A stretch of DNA of 40,317 nucleotides from IMG/VR virus record IMGVR_UViG_3300020045_004202, positions 1 to 40,317 of that record; one strand, given 5' to 3'. The stretch comes from a virus. Taxonomy: Duplodnaviria > Caudoviricetes. This document shows positions 17,904 through 26,870 of the stretch, one piece after another. The notes under the pieces were generated by a model, which searched no databases, was not told the origin of the DNA, and was given only the letters and a program-made list of their open reading frames with translations. Both the position numbers and the translations under genes were made by a program. The first letter of the stretch is position 1. Each line of letters starts with the position of its first letter.

Positions 17904-18806
17904 TTAAATTTTATTCTCAGCTTCCAAAATTGCTTCATCAATGCTCAATCCATCCATGTACCGATCTAGTATAATTTTAGCCTTATGCACCCGGTCTATC
18001 ATTGCATCAATATAAATCTGATCACGCATAACACGGATAACGACTAACTGAAATTCAGACTTACACCTCGGATCATAAGAAACAAAATCGCACCATTGAA
18101 CGCCTGCAACTTCGATGTTGCACTGAATTTGCCCGTAGTAATCATGTTTGATTGTTACACCTTCACCCTGTTTTAAATCCCTGTTTTTGCAATGTCGAAT
18201 CGGATCGTATGGGCATTTGATTTCTAGGATGCCGTTAACACCCATTGAGTGATTATCGTCGTATGCTCTCGTAAGTCCGCTGATCATTCCATCGTGTGGT
18301 TCTTGATACCCGGTTATTTGTCCATCAAAACTCCCACCCAAATACGGTATTGAGTCATGCACTTTAAAGCCAACTTCATTAACAACGTATCCGGTAAGTT
18401 CGGCATACTTCTCCCGCGCCTCAGGTTCGTATTGGTTTCCCCATGCAGTCTGACGATATTCTTTTGCCATTTCAATTAACGCCTGAGTTTCGCGGCCTTC
18501 GTAGGTCATGGTCTGATACGATGCAATTTCAAGGATGATTCCGCGGGCAGTTTCTCCCCACAGTTCGCCTTTTGCGCGGCCTTGTTTCATCAAATCTGGA
18601 ATACGCGATCCGGTGAATTTATCCCAACGATGCAGGAACCATTCAATTGAGCGTTGTTTCATTTGCTCAGTGTCAGATACTTTTTCGGAGTCAATGGTTA
18701 TTGCTGAGAAGTCTGCGAGGTCGGCGAAGGGGTTCTTATTACCCAACTCGTACGCATTATCAACTTCGCCCCTAATTATTTTATTAATTACTTCGTGTCC
18801 GCTCAT
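17904..18806 (-). CDS. YqaJ/lambda-exonuclease family protein
   Basis: QRSIEWF..R...TGS, WG..YEP.AR..Y, GGSFDG, LEIKCP, YYGQIQ, DFVSYDPR. Confidence 0.9.
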   Translation of the reverse strand: MSGHEVINKIIRGEVDNAYELGNKNPFADLADFSAITIDSEKVSDTEQMKQRSIEWFLHRWDKFTGSRIPDLMKQGRAKGELWGETARGIILEIASYQTMTYEGRETQALIEMAKEYRQTAWGNQYEPEAREKYAELTGYVVNEVGFKVHDSIPYLGGSFDGQITGYQEPHDGMISGLTRAYDDNHSMGVNGILEIKCPYDPIRHCKNRDLKQGEGVTIKHDYYGQIQCNIEVAGVQWCDFVSYDPRCKSEFQLVVIRVMRDQIYIDAMIDRVHKAKIILDRYMDGLSIDEAILEAENKI

Positions 18807-19423
18807 GATTGGCCTCCTTTCTCAACGAACTGTCTTAGTTCGGTCAACAACTGCATAGCACGCTCGTTCGCCTCAAATTTTGAACGTTGCAATGTAAATA
18901 CAGCAACCATGTGCTTAATAGCCGGGGAAGTCTGGTTGCACCACTCTGAAAGTTTTGCAATCGGGTAGCGGGTGCCGTCTGGTGTATTGAATCCTGAACT
19001 ATCAGCCTTTAACTGAATTTTTGGAAGTATTTCCAAATGGCGACCAATACCCCACTTTGCAGCGGCCCGAACAAAAGCCGATGAAGCGGCTGTTTTGTCC
19101 TCAAATGTTTTCTTGTCAACTTGTTCAATGTTCTTTTTCCGTGATGCTCTTGATCCGCCTGCATCTGACTTTTCAATCATGCCCGAATCTGTCAATATCG
19201 AAATTGAGCAAAAAAGTATTCCGGCAACTTCGCGGTACTCGCAACCCCAGCCACCAATGCCGCAAACATCATCAAGTACAGTTTCACACTGATCCGCATC
19301 ATAATACGGGTAGATTTCATTTTTGCCATCTCCGGCAGAGTCTCCGACACGCCACTTAGGTAGTACACCAATTGACTCGTGAAAGTCAGGTGAGCCTAAT
19401 TTGATTAAATTTGTTTTGTCCAT
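18803..19423 (-). CDS. Rad52/Sak-like single-strand annealing protein
   Basis: KWRV...YYDA.....LDDVCG..GW..EY.......C.ISI.......KSDAG...K...S.AF.RAA.KWGIGR.L. Confidence 0.85.
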   Translation of the reverse strand: MDKTNLIKLGSPDFHESIGVLPKWRVGDSAGDGKNEIYPYYDADQCETVLDDVCGIGGWGCEYREVAGILFCSISILTDSGMIEKSDAGGSRASRKKNIEQVDKKTFEDKTAASSAFVRAAAKWGIGRHLEILPKIQLKADSSGFNTPDGTRYPIAKLSEWCNQTSPAIKHMVAVFTLQRSKFEANERAMQLLTELRQFVEKGGQS

Positions 19424-19431
19424 TTGATTTG

Positions 19432-19462
19432 TTGCCCGTCATCCCGATAGCAAAGGGGTTAA
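19432..19462 (-). repeat. 31-bp leader repeat, copy 2
   Basis: Identical to 17865-17895; 8 nt upstream of the Sak ATG. Confidence 0.85.
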
Positions 19463-19466
19463 ATGT

Positions 19467-19685
19467 TTATTTTGAACTGGTTAATTTTAATGCTTTTTGT
19501 GTATTGTGAACTGACGTTATAAATATTAAATCGGATGTATTAGTCCAAAAGTCTTTCATTGAATGTCTAGTTCTTAATCGTGCTTTGTCTCCTTTTAATT
19601 CGACTAAAATAAATCTCATTGCGGGATGCGATTGCCATGTTGTATGATAATTACAACCGATGACTATTTTATTTTCTGGTATCAT
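19467..19685 (-). CDS. hypothetical protein
   Basis: ATGA overlap with the upstream gene. Confidence 0.6.
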   Translation of the reverse strand: MIPENKIVIGCNYHTTWQSHPAMRFILVELKGDKARLRTRHSMKDFWTNTSDLIFITSVHNTQKALKLTSSK

Positions 19686-19984
19686 ACTTCGTAATACTTT
19701 TTAATCCTGTCATCAATATCCCAGTCATCAACTTCAACCTCTTCGCCATCGTGAAAAAATGTGATTTGAAATTTTACAACTGAACGACTTGAAATTGCAG
19801 TCTGATTATTTTCGTCTGGTTCGGGGTATTCGGTGTAAAGTTCTAATTTAGACTCATATTCAATCGGCTCGTTAAGGTGCCAATAAATTCGCTGAGGATT
19901 ATCTTCTGTTGTAAAGTGCCAGATTAAATGGTTGTAAATCGTTTGCTTGTCGTCTTCCGATAGCCTAATTTTTAAGATTTGCAT
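19682..19984 (-). CDS. hypothetical acidic protein
   Basis: Start MQILKIRL at 19984, downstream of the promoter at ~20056-20087. Confidence 0.6.
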   Translation of the reverse strand: MQILKIRLSEDDKQTIYNHLIWHFTTEDNPQRIYWHLNEPIEYESKLELYTEYPEPDENNQTAISSRSVVKFQITFFHDGEEVEVDDWDIDDRIKKYYEV

Positions 19985-20055
19985 TTTTACCGGTTGCCGT
20001 GTTCCGGAAGGGCTGATTAGGATTTGATTAGCGCAAACTTGCACTTGATTGAGTA

Positions 20056-20087
20056 CAAATATAGCACAATTGTTTTGAATACGCAAT
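20056..20087 (-). promoter_or_regulatory. promoter with ACAATTGT operator core
   Basis: Minus strand ATTGCGTATTCA-AAACAATTGTGC-TATATTTG. Confidence 0.7.
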
Positions 20088-20145
20088 AAGTGTGAGAAAA
20101 TAAAATTAATTATTTTGGGGTGAATGTTCCTCTAGTTGAACCTTT

Positions 20146-21051
20146 TTAGCATTCTGATATTTCACATGTTTCTTCGCCACATGGTCCACCTCCAATATCA
20201 AGCTGGTGTCCCCATAGTTCAGTTTGAATATATTCTTGGTAAATTCTCCGATCATCCGGCGCCAATTCAAATTCTTCATTAGACATTTGCATAATATCTT
20301 CAACGCTTAAATTGCCCCTGAAAAATCGAATTGGAACAGTTATTTTTTCATTTTGCTTTCTGCTGTCTGGAATGAAATTTTCATATTTTACTTCCCATTC
20401 CCGAAATTTATCGAATCGTTCTGGATGAGTTCTTGCAATAGTCATAAGCTTTCTAAGTGACTTTTTCCAGCATACCTTACAATTATCTTCATATCCTGTA
20501 AGATCAATTCTGAATGGCATTTTATCCCAAAATTTATTTATGTCCGGCTTTGTCATTGGGCATAATTTTGAGGAAATAAGGGGATAAACATGCTTTCGTT
20601 TCTTCCAGTTTGCATTAATGCGGTGCGGTTCATCAATCCTTATTCCAATCGCAGTATAATAGTTCTTCCATCCAATCTGCCTCATATAAGCATTGATTGT
20701 ATGGTTTTTCATTTCCCTAGTACAGTGAGGCGTTGAAGAATTTGGAATACCATGTTTTTGAATCACCGCCTCAAATGGTTCACCGTTTCTGCTTGCTGTA
20801 TTAAAATCAACAACCTTCGCCTTTACTCCATTTCCGTTTTTTGGATCTGTAATTGCTTCAACCCAAACACATTCAAATTCAAAAAAATCTGAACATTTCT
20901 GAATGAATTGAAGTGTATTTTCATTTTCTTCTCCGGTGTTTGCAAATACTATTTTAATGTCGAATTGGTCTTGTTTGTTTTTCAATAGCCACTGTGTCAT
21001 ATATGCAGAAGATTCACCCCCACTAAAGCTTATCAATAATTTTTCTTTCAT
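20146..21051 (-). CDS. PAPS-reductase-like (PP-loop) protein
   Basis: ISFSGGESSAYM PP-loop, VFANTG.E, CTREMK, IGIRIDE..R, NCKVCWKK, C-terminal CGEETCE. Confidence 0.8.
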   Translation of the reverse strand: MKEKLLISFSGGESSAYMTQWLLKNKQDQFDIKIVFANTGEENENTLQFIQKCSDFFEFECVWVEAITDPKNGNGVKAKVVDFNTASRNGEPFEAVIQKHGIPNSSTPHCTREMKNHTINAYMRQIGWKNYYTAIGIRIDEPHRINANWKKRKHVYPLISSKLCPMTKPDINKFWDKMPFRIDLTGYEDNCKVCWKKSLRKLMTIARTHPERFDKFREWEVKYENFIPDSRKQNEKITVPIRFFRGNLSVEDIMQMSNEEFELAPDDRRIYQEYIQTELWGHQLDIGGGPCGEETCEISEC

Positions 21052-21071
21052 ATTTTTTAGTTCAAATTGGT

Positions 21072-21533
21072 TTAATGTTTAACTATTTCCTTAATTCTTG
21101 TTATCTCATCCATCCCACACGCTTCAAACCCCTGGCACATAAATTTAATTCGTGATATAGGTATGTTCAGCATTTGTGAAATTTCAACCGCAGATAATCC
21201 GCTGCAAAATAGCGTACGAATTTCCCATGAGTCAATTACTCGCTTTGCCGGAGCCGTTTTGCGTTCAGGTTTTGATACGACAAAAATGTTTTTTAGTGAG
21301 CAATCTTCATAACTGCCATAATACCGGATACGACCGCAAAACGCGTCATAATCTAGACCATTAAGCAGGCAATAAACTAATCGAGCCAGATAAATAGTTT
21401 GCCCGCCCAAAGTCATAATTACATGACCGTTTTTACCAATTCGGGTCCCGGTTACTTCGGTGCCGTTTGGCCGGAATACTTTGCCTGAGTCGGTGATTGT
21501 GTAGCCGTTAAACGTCATTATTTGCTGAGTCAT
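21072..21533 (-). CDS. degenerate HNH/NUMOD-like protein with C-terminal HTH
   Basis: GYTITDSGKV...NGH....L......LARLVY..., catalytic His residues not evident; SGLSAVEISQMLNIP is HTH-like. Confidence 0.55.
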   Translation of the reverse strand: MTQQIMTFNGYTITDSGKVFRPNGTEVTGTRIGKNGHVIMTLGGQTIYLARLVYCLLNGLDYDAFCGRIRYYGSYEDCSLKNIFVVSKPERKTAPAKRVIDSWEIRTLFCSGLSAVEISQMLNIPISRIKFMCQGFEACGMDEITRIKEIVKH

Positions 21534-21693
21534 CTTTTACCTCCTTCCATATCATATTTTTTGTACCAATCCAACATTCGCCAATGCTAGCGCATAACTT
21601 TAAGTCATTATTAAATGCACACCCTTCGCAAAATGGTGAGTTGTTTTCCATATCGACTAATTCGTACTCTTTCCCGTTAATCGTTTTTTTCAT
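21508..21693 (-). CDS. small Cys-rich hypothetical protein
   Basis: CEGCAF...C....C pattern. Confidence 0.6.
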   Translation of the reverse strand: MKKTINGKEYELVDMENNSPFCEGCAFNNDLKLCASIGECWIGTKNMIWKEVKDDSANNDV

Positions 21694-22067
21694 GTCCTTT
21701 TCTCATTAAATTCAGTTTTCTTTCTCATTTCTTCAATCAAATCAATGCCGTAATGTTCAGCCATCGCAAAACATACAAGGGCAACGTCAGCAAGTTCGGA
21801 GGGGTCAAAACATCGATCAATCCTTATTTCGTTACAAGACTTATGCAGTTCGTCAACTTCTTCCTCTAACTTTCGCACAAAATGAAATTCATCTGTACGA
21901 CCGTCAATCAACCCCCTTCGCTTTGTCGCTTCATAACTGCGGTGGGTGATGTCGGTTAGGTATGCGTGGCCATCATTTCTGGCTGCTTCGATCAATTCGT
22001 ACAGGCTTTTATCTTCAGTTTCAGACCATTTAGCCAAAATTTCCTGATCTTTTTTTGTTGGTATCAT
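21690..22067 (-). CDS. MazG-like nucleotide pyrophosphohydrolase
   Basis: KLEEEVDEL...ELADV..V...A...GIDL......K...N.KR. Confidence 0.75.
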   Translation of the reverse strand: MIPTKKDQEILAKWSETEDKSLYELIEAARNDGHAYLTDITHRSYEATKRRGLIDGRTDEFHFVRKLEEEVDELHKSCNEIRIDRCFDPSELADVALVCFAMAEHYGIDLIEEMRKKTEFNEKRT

Positions 22068-22219
22068 AGCAAATAATATTCAATAGCGTTAAACAATTCA
22101 TAAGGTATTTTTTCAGTCGATTCAACGTAAACACGGCCATCGGTAACTGTTACCGATGTTATGCCGTATTGGGTGATTTCGTCTGAAAATTTGTGGATGA
22201 TGGTGGGTAGGTGGTTCAT
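22064..22219 (-). CDS. 51-aa hypothetical protein (not in ORF track)
   Basis: MNHLPTIIHKFSDEITQYG...EYYLL*; ATGA overlaps at both ends. Confidence 0.6.
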   Translation of the reverse strand: MNHLPTIIHKFSDEITQYGITSVTVTDGRVYVESTEKIPYELFNAIEYYLL

Positions 22220-22428
22220 TCTTTTACGATTCTAATGTTATACCTAGTAAAATGACTTTCTCCCCATGATGTCTGAATAAATTCCAATTCATCGCAAACG
22301 TCGTGCAATAAATCTTTGTACCCTTGCAATACAATTTCACTTGCTCCAAACTCTATCGAATAAAACATATCAGGTTTTAATCTGGTAAACCTGAAAATTA
22401 AATGCAAACGTCTTAAATTTTCTTTCAT
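22216..22428 (-). CDS. hypothetical protein, first gene of the leftward arm
   Basis: A-rich leader ACAAATCAAAATC; promoter at ~22475-22504. Confidence 0.6.
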   Translation of the reverse strand: MKENLRRLHLIFRFTRLKPDMFYSIEFGASEIVLQGYKDLLHDVCDELEFIQTSWGESHFTRYNIRIVKE

Positions 22429-22429
22429 G

Positions 22430-23036
22430 ATTTTGATTTGTTTTTACCCCGCAACGTCGCAGGGTATTGTTCAGCAAATATACATCTTATTTTTATATTT
22501 CAAAACGATTTTTATATATATTTGATATATTTTTAAATATACGCTAAAATTGCTATTTATTTTATTTTTATATTTGGGTCAAAAAAGCAATATATTGCAA
22601 CAAACCCCATGCTTTTGCCTAATTCAGCATGATAAGTGCACTTTTAAAAATGAGTTTTACTCAAGTTTCACTCACTTAAATATATAAATATCAATAAGTT
22701 ATCTATTGTTTTTTACAGAGTGTAATTATTTAAGTATATTAGTATAAAAGTAAAATATAATATATAATAAAAATGAATTTAAAAATAAATTATATGTGTA
22801 AATAAAGAGCAGTAATAGAGGTGTAAATTTCACTTATACAAAAAATGAATGTAATTAATTGAAATACTTATAGTTGTATCTGTGAAATATTAGTTTGTTG
22901 TGTATTACGTATTCAAACGTCTGTAAAAAATGATTGTAATTAATTAAGTATCAATGTGTTTTGATAGTGTTTTTATTTTTTGTTGTTTTTGTAGTTGCAA
23001 AAATGTATCTTTACAATCTAATTAATAAACAGTTAT
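22430..23036. promoter_or_regulatory. AT-rich divergent control region (possible origin/packaging region)
   Basis: About 600 bp non-coding between the two arms. Leftward promoter TTTG(22501-22504)/TATATTTG(22475-22482). 21-bp near-repeat at 22840 and 22925. Confidence 0.6.
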
Positions 23037-23279
23037 ATGAAAAAAATGAAAGTAGGCCATGTATGGGTTCGTTTAGATGATTTTTTTTATAAAAAATTAC
23101 ATAGAATGGATTGGAAAATTCGTATTATAAATAAACAATTTGATGTTTATCGCATAAAAACTACCAAAGGAGGTGCAAAGTATAAATCATCAATTCAGGA
23201 TGAAATACAAGGTGAAATAGGAAGTAAATTTGCAGATGGTAATACTTTGAATTGCCAACTTGATAATTTGATTTTTTAA
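23037..23279 (+). CDS. HNH-endonuclease remnant-like protein
   Basis: DGNTLNCQLDNL resembles the HNH_3 C-terminal half, but the His is missing. Confidence 0.45.
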   Translation: MKKMKVGHVWVRLDDFFYKKLHRMDWKIRIINKQFDVYRIKTTKGGAKYKSSIQDEIQGEIGSKFADGNTLNCQLDNLIF

Positions 23280-23308
23280 TTGTAATTTTGAGTTTTAAAA
23301 CTTTTGTT

Positions 23309-23797
23309 ATGGGTGCCCCTGAAGGAAATCAATTTTGGAAATTAAGGTCAAAACATGGCAGAAATAAACTGTTTGAAACTCCTGAGTTAATGTGGGAGGC
23401 TGCTTGTGAATACTTTACATGGTGCGAAGAAAACCCGTTTTATGAGACTGTTTTGGGCAAGGGTAGCGGAAAAGTCATAATGGATGATAACGGTGAATTT
23501 CATGTTGCACCTGATACTGTTGAATTACCTAAAATGCGACCATTTACTTTATATGGATTATGTATTTATTTAGACTGTTCAACAGGGTATTTTCGGGAAT
23601 TTAAGAAAGACTGTTCAAAAGATTTTGTTTCAGTCGTCACGCGTATAGAGGAAGTTATCTATAATCAAAAGTATTCGGGTGCTGCTTCCGGGTTCTTAAA
23701 TCCTAACATCATTGCCAGGGATTTAGGTTTGATCGACAAGCAAGATATTAAACAGGAGACCACCGTTATCGAAGTCCGCCCTCCAAAGTTTGACTAA
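23309..23797 (+). CDS. terS: terminase small subunit (P22 gp3-like)
   Basis: MGAPEGNQFWKLRSKHGR...P..MWEA.CEYF.W...RPFT..GLC...GA....LNPNIIARDLGL. Confidence 0.9.
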   Translation: MGAPEGNQFWKLRSKHGRNKLFETPELMWEAACEYFTWCEENPFYETVLGKGSGKVIMDDNGEFHVAPDTVELPKMRPFTLYGLCIYLDCSTGYFREFKKDCSKDFVSVVTRIEEVIYNQKYSGAASGFLNPNIIARDLGLIDKQDIKQETTVIEVRPPKFD

Positions 23798-25033
23798 ATG
23801 ATAATTGATCTTAACAAACATCGAGACGAAATATTTAATCCGCTTATCGGTACTTTGCAAAAAGCTGATAAGCGTTTTGTCATTAATTACGGGGGTGCTG
23901 GTTCCGGCAAATCATTCACGCAAACACAGCACGAAATAATCAGGTGTTTACAAAAGCCGGAGAAATTACTGGTCATTCGTAAAGTAGGAACAACACTGAA
24001 GGATTCTGTTGTCGCTTTGTTTGTTTCAATTCTTAATTCGTGGGGTTTGGAGGACTTTTATACTGAAAACAAATCAACTCAATTTATTCAATTTTCAAAT
24101 GGTAGTTGTATCCTTTTCAAGTCGATGGATGATCCTGAAAAGATTAAATCTATTGCCGGAATTACTCGAATATGGATTGAGGAAGCAAGCGAATTAAGCC
24201 AGGCAGATTTCAGTCAGTTGAACTTACGACTTAGGGGCCGCGAAGGTCTGCAAATTACGCTAACATTTAACCCGATTGATGAAGAGCATTGGATAAAGTC
24301 GTATTTCTTTGACAATGAAAATGTAAATGTAAAGACAAACATAATCAGGACTACTTACAAAGATAACCGTTTTATTGATGAGGCATATAAGGCAGAATTA
24401 GAAGGTTATCAGTATATTGATAAAAACTATTATAAAATTTATGCGCTTGGTGAGTGGGGTGGAATTACTGAGGGTCGTATATTCCCTATTTGGGAACAAA
24501 TTGAGTGCTTTCCAGAAATTGATGGTTATTGGTATGGTCTTGATTTCGGGTTCTCAAACGATCCTACGGCAATAGTCAAGACAATAAAGTGGAAAAATAG
24601 AATTTACTTTGATGAGAGGTTGTATCGCGTCGGACTGACTAATCCGGATATTGCATCGTTTATGTTTGCAGATGGATATAAAGGGCAGGTAGTTATTTGT
24701 GATTCTGCTGAGCCTAAAAGTATCGAGGAGCTGCGACGGTTAGGCATAAATGCAATTGAAGCGCAAAAGGGGGCAGGCTCAATAATGGCCGGCATTGACT
24801 TTCTGAAGTCTCACAAAGTTTTGGTAACCCAGTCAAGTTTAAACCTTATCCGTGAGAACAAATATTATCAATGGAAGGAGCTACCGCCAAATCGTCAAAC
24901 TGCAAATAAACGTTTCGACAATACGCCAAAAGACTGGATGAACCATTTAAAAGATGCTTGCCGTTATGCCTATTCGCTTGGTGACTTTTCTCAGTCAGGT
25001 GGTTCCGTTGATGTTGGGTGGGATGAATTGTAA
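23798..25033 (+). CDS. terL: terminase large subunit (PBSX/Terminase_3 family)
   Basis: GGAGSGKS, WIEEASE, TFNP, GLDFGFSNDPTA, CDSAEPKSI, NHLKDACRY. Confidence 0.95.
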   Translation: MIIDLNKHRDEIFNPLIGTLQKADKRFVINYGGAGSGKSFTQTQHEIIRCLQKPEKLLVIRKVGTTLKDSVVALFVSILNSWGLEDFYTENKSTQFIQFSNGSCILFKSMDDPEKIKSIAGITRIWIEEASELSQADFSQLNLRLRGREGLQITLTFNPIDEEHWIKSYFFDNENVNVKTNIIRTTYKDNRFIDEAYKAELEGYQYIDKNYYKIYALGEWGGITEGRIFPIWEQIECFPEIDGYWYGLDFGFSNDPTAIVKTIKWKNRIYFDERLYRVGLTNPDIASFMFADGYKGQVVICDSAEPKSIEELRRLGINAIEAQKGAGSIMAGIDFLKSHKVLVTQSSLNLIRENKYYQWKELPPNRQTANKRFDNTPKDWMNHLKDACRYAYSLGDFSQSGGSVDVGWDEL

Positions 25034-25063
25034 CTCGTCACGTATTTAGGTTAAATGTGTGAC

Positions 25064-25091
25064 AAAAAAAGCCTGATTGTTAGTCAGGCTT
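25064..25091 (-). terminator. intrinsic terminator of the minus-strand moron
   Basis: AAGCCTGA-CTAACAA-TCAGGC-TTTTTTT on the minus strand. Confidence 0.75.
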
Positions 25092-25129
25092 CGATATATC
25101 CGCTTAGAACTTGCGGAAACTAAGACGGA

Positions 25130-25357
25130 TCAATTTTGTGCAAAATTCCATTCGTAAATGTTGTTTATAAACTGGCCAAGTTCAATTGATTGCCAAACAG
25201 TATCATATTCATCATTATTAAAAGCAAAAAACCCATAAACCAAAGGATGTTCTCTTTCTGATTCTGATTTTTTAAAATCTTCGTCAGTTACAATTCTAAT
25301 AATGCCAATAGTCAAAATCTTTGCTAATTTTTTTGATTGAGTCATATAAGTTTTCAT
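25130..25357 (-). CDS. moron-like hypothetical protein between terL and portal
   Basis: Opposite strand, with own promoter (~25402-25433) and terminator. Confidence 0.65.
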   Translation of the reverse strand: MKTYMTQSKKLAKILTIGIIRIVTDEDFKKSESEREHPLVYGFFAFNNDEYDTVWQSIELGQFINNIYEWNFAQN

Positions 25358-25520
25358 TTTGCAAGTTTTTAATCGCCCTACTTCGTTGTAGTTTGATACT
25401 GTAAATATAGCACCTTTGTGTCATATACGCAATAGGCAAGTTGATTTTAAATGTTAAAAAATGTTAAAATTTGAAATTAGTTTTTAGTTTTGTATATTTG
25501 ACAAAAATAACTTTCAGAAC

Positions 25521-26870
25521 ATGGCACTATTAGACATCTTCAGCCGGAATAAAGACAAAAACCCATTAACGCGCGCGGTATTTGAGTATTGGATTCACTC
25601 AGGAAACGTCAATAATATTCCAGACGATCCGGATGCCTATCTGAAAAAAGGATATTCAGCAAACACAACCGTTTATTCGATTGTTAGTAGGATTGATGCG
25701 ATGCGAAAACAGGCAAAACTTGTGCTGAAGGATAAATCAGGGAATGTCGTTGAAACGCATGAACTTTTACGATTCAAAGACAGATTTAACAAATCTCTGA
25801 CTACTAACGATGCCATCACTCAAATGCTGATTTACAAATTAGTTATTGGTGAATGGTTCGTGTATAAGTTGGCACCCGATGCCGGAGCGAATAAGGGCAA
25901 AGTATCAGAGTTACATTTACTGCCTGCTGCTGATGTTGAAATTATTGAAGGTAGTATATTTGAGCCGGTGCGAGGTTATAAGATTGAAGGAAACTATCAA
26001 ATTGAGCTACCTGTTGAATCTGTATATCATGGCAAACTATTCAATCCGAATTGGAACGATGAGCGGACTCTCCATGGAATGTCACCACTCCGTGCCGCTG
26101 CTAATACCGTATCAAAACTGAATCAGATCGAAATAACTGAAACAAAAGCATTCGAGAACCAAGGGCCACCTTATATCCTGTACAAAGAAAGCTCAACCGA
26201 TCCGATGCAAAACCGGATGACAGATCCGCAACGTGACGAAATTGTTAAAAAGATCAAGAACGCGGCAAAAGAAAATAACCGCTCATTGCCGTTGGTGTTA
26301 AAGGATAAGTTTGGAAAGCTGGACTTGGGCCAAAAGCTTGCCGACATGACAATCATTGAGTCAAGTAACGCAGGGATTCAGGCATTATGCAACGTTTATC
26401 AAATGCCTGGTCAAATATTCGGAATTGGCGAAGCGACATACAATAACATGAGGGAAGCGCGCAAGGCTGCTTGGACTGACTGTATACAGCCTAATTTAAG
26501 TTCGATTGCTGAATGTATGAACGCTTGCACAATTTACGATATACCAGAATATCAAGGTTTATCATGGGATTGGGATTATTCAGAGATTGAAGAGCTTCAA
26601 GAGGGTATGGAAATTAAAGTAGGCTGGATGAAAGCCGCCGGATGGTCTTACAATGAGATTCGCAAAGTGACCGGAAAAGAAGCAATTGACAATCCTTTGA
26701 TGGATGAGCCTGTAATTGGAATGGGTGACACTTTTTTAAGTGATTACGGTGAGCCGTTGGACTCGACCGATCCTGATGCGAAAGATTTTGGGGATTATAC
26801 GAAGGATTCAGATGAATTTATTGACAAAATAAAGGCGTTAGATAAATTAAGAGCCAGTTTAAGTAAATGA
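25521..26870 (+). CDS. portal protein (HK97 family)
   Basis: Follows terL. VYSIVS.I, GE.FV, HGMSPLRAA, ATYNNM.EARK, SYNEIR. Confidence 0.92.
   Translation: MALLDIFSRNKDKNPLTRAVFEYWIHSGNVNNIPDDPDAYLKKGYSANTTVYSIVSRIDAMRKQAKLVLKDKSGNVVETHELLRFKDRFNKSLTTNDAITQMLIYKLVIGEWFVYKLAPDAGANKGKVSELHLLPAADVEIIEGSIFEPVRGYKIEGNYQIELPVESVYHGKLFNPNWNDERTLHGMSPLRAAANTVSKLNQIEITETKAFENQGPPYILYKESSTDPMQNRMTDPQRDEIVKKIKNAAKENNRSLPLVLKDKFGKLDLGQKLADMTIIESSNAGIQALCNVYQMPGQIFGIGEATYNNMREARKAAWTDCIQPNLSSIAECMNACTIYDIPEYQGLSWDWDYSEIEELQEGMEIKVGWMKAAGWSYNEIRKVTGKEAIDNPLMDEPVIGMGDTFLSDYGEPLDSTDPDAKDFGDYTKDSDEFIDKIKALDKLRASLSK

Noticed and set aside
17865-19462. CRISPR mini-array from the 31-bp repeats
   Set aside because: The copies are ~1.57 kb apart with genes between them, and there are no cas genes.
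21072-23279. Active homing endonucleases, introns or inteins
   Set aside because: Both HNH-like ORFs lack evident catalytic His residues; terL, primase and helicase appear uninterrupted.
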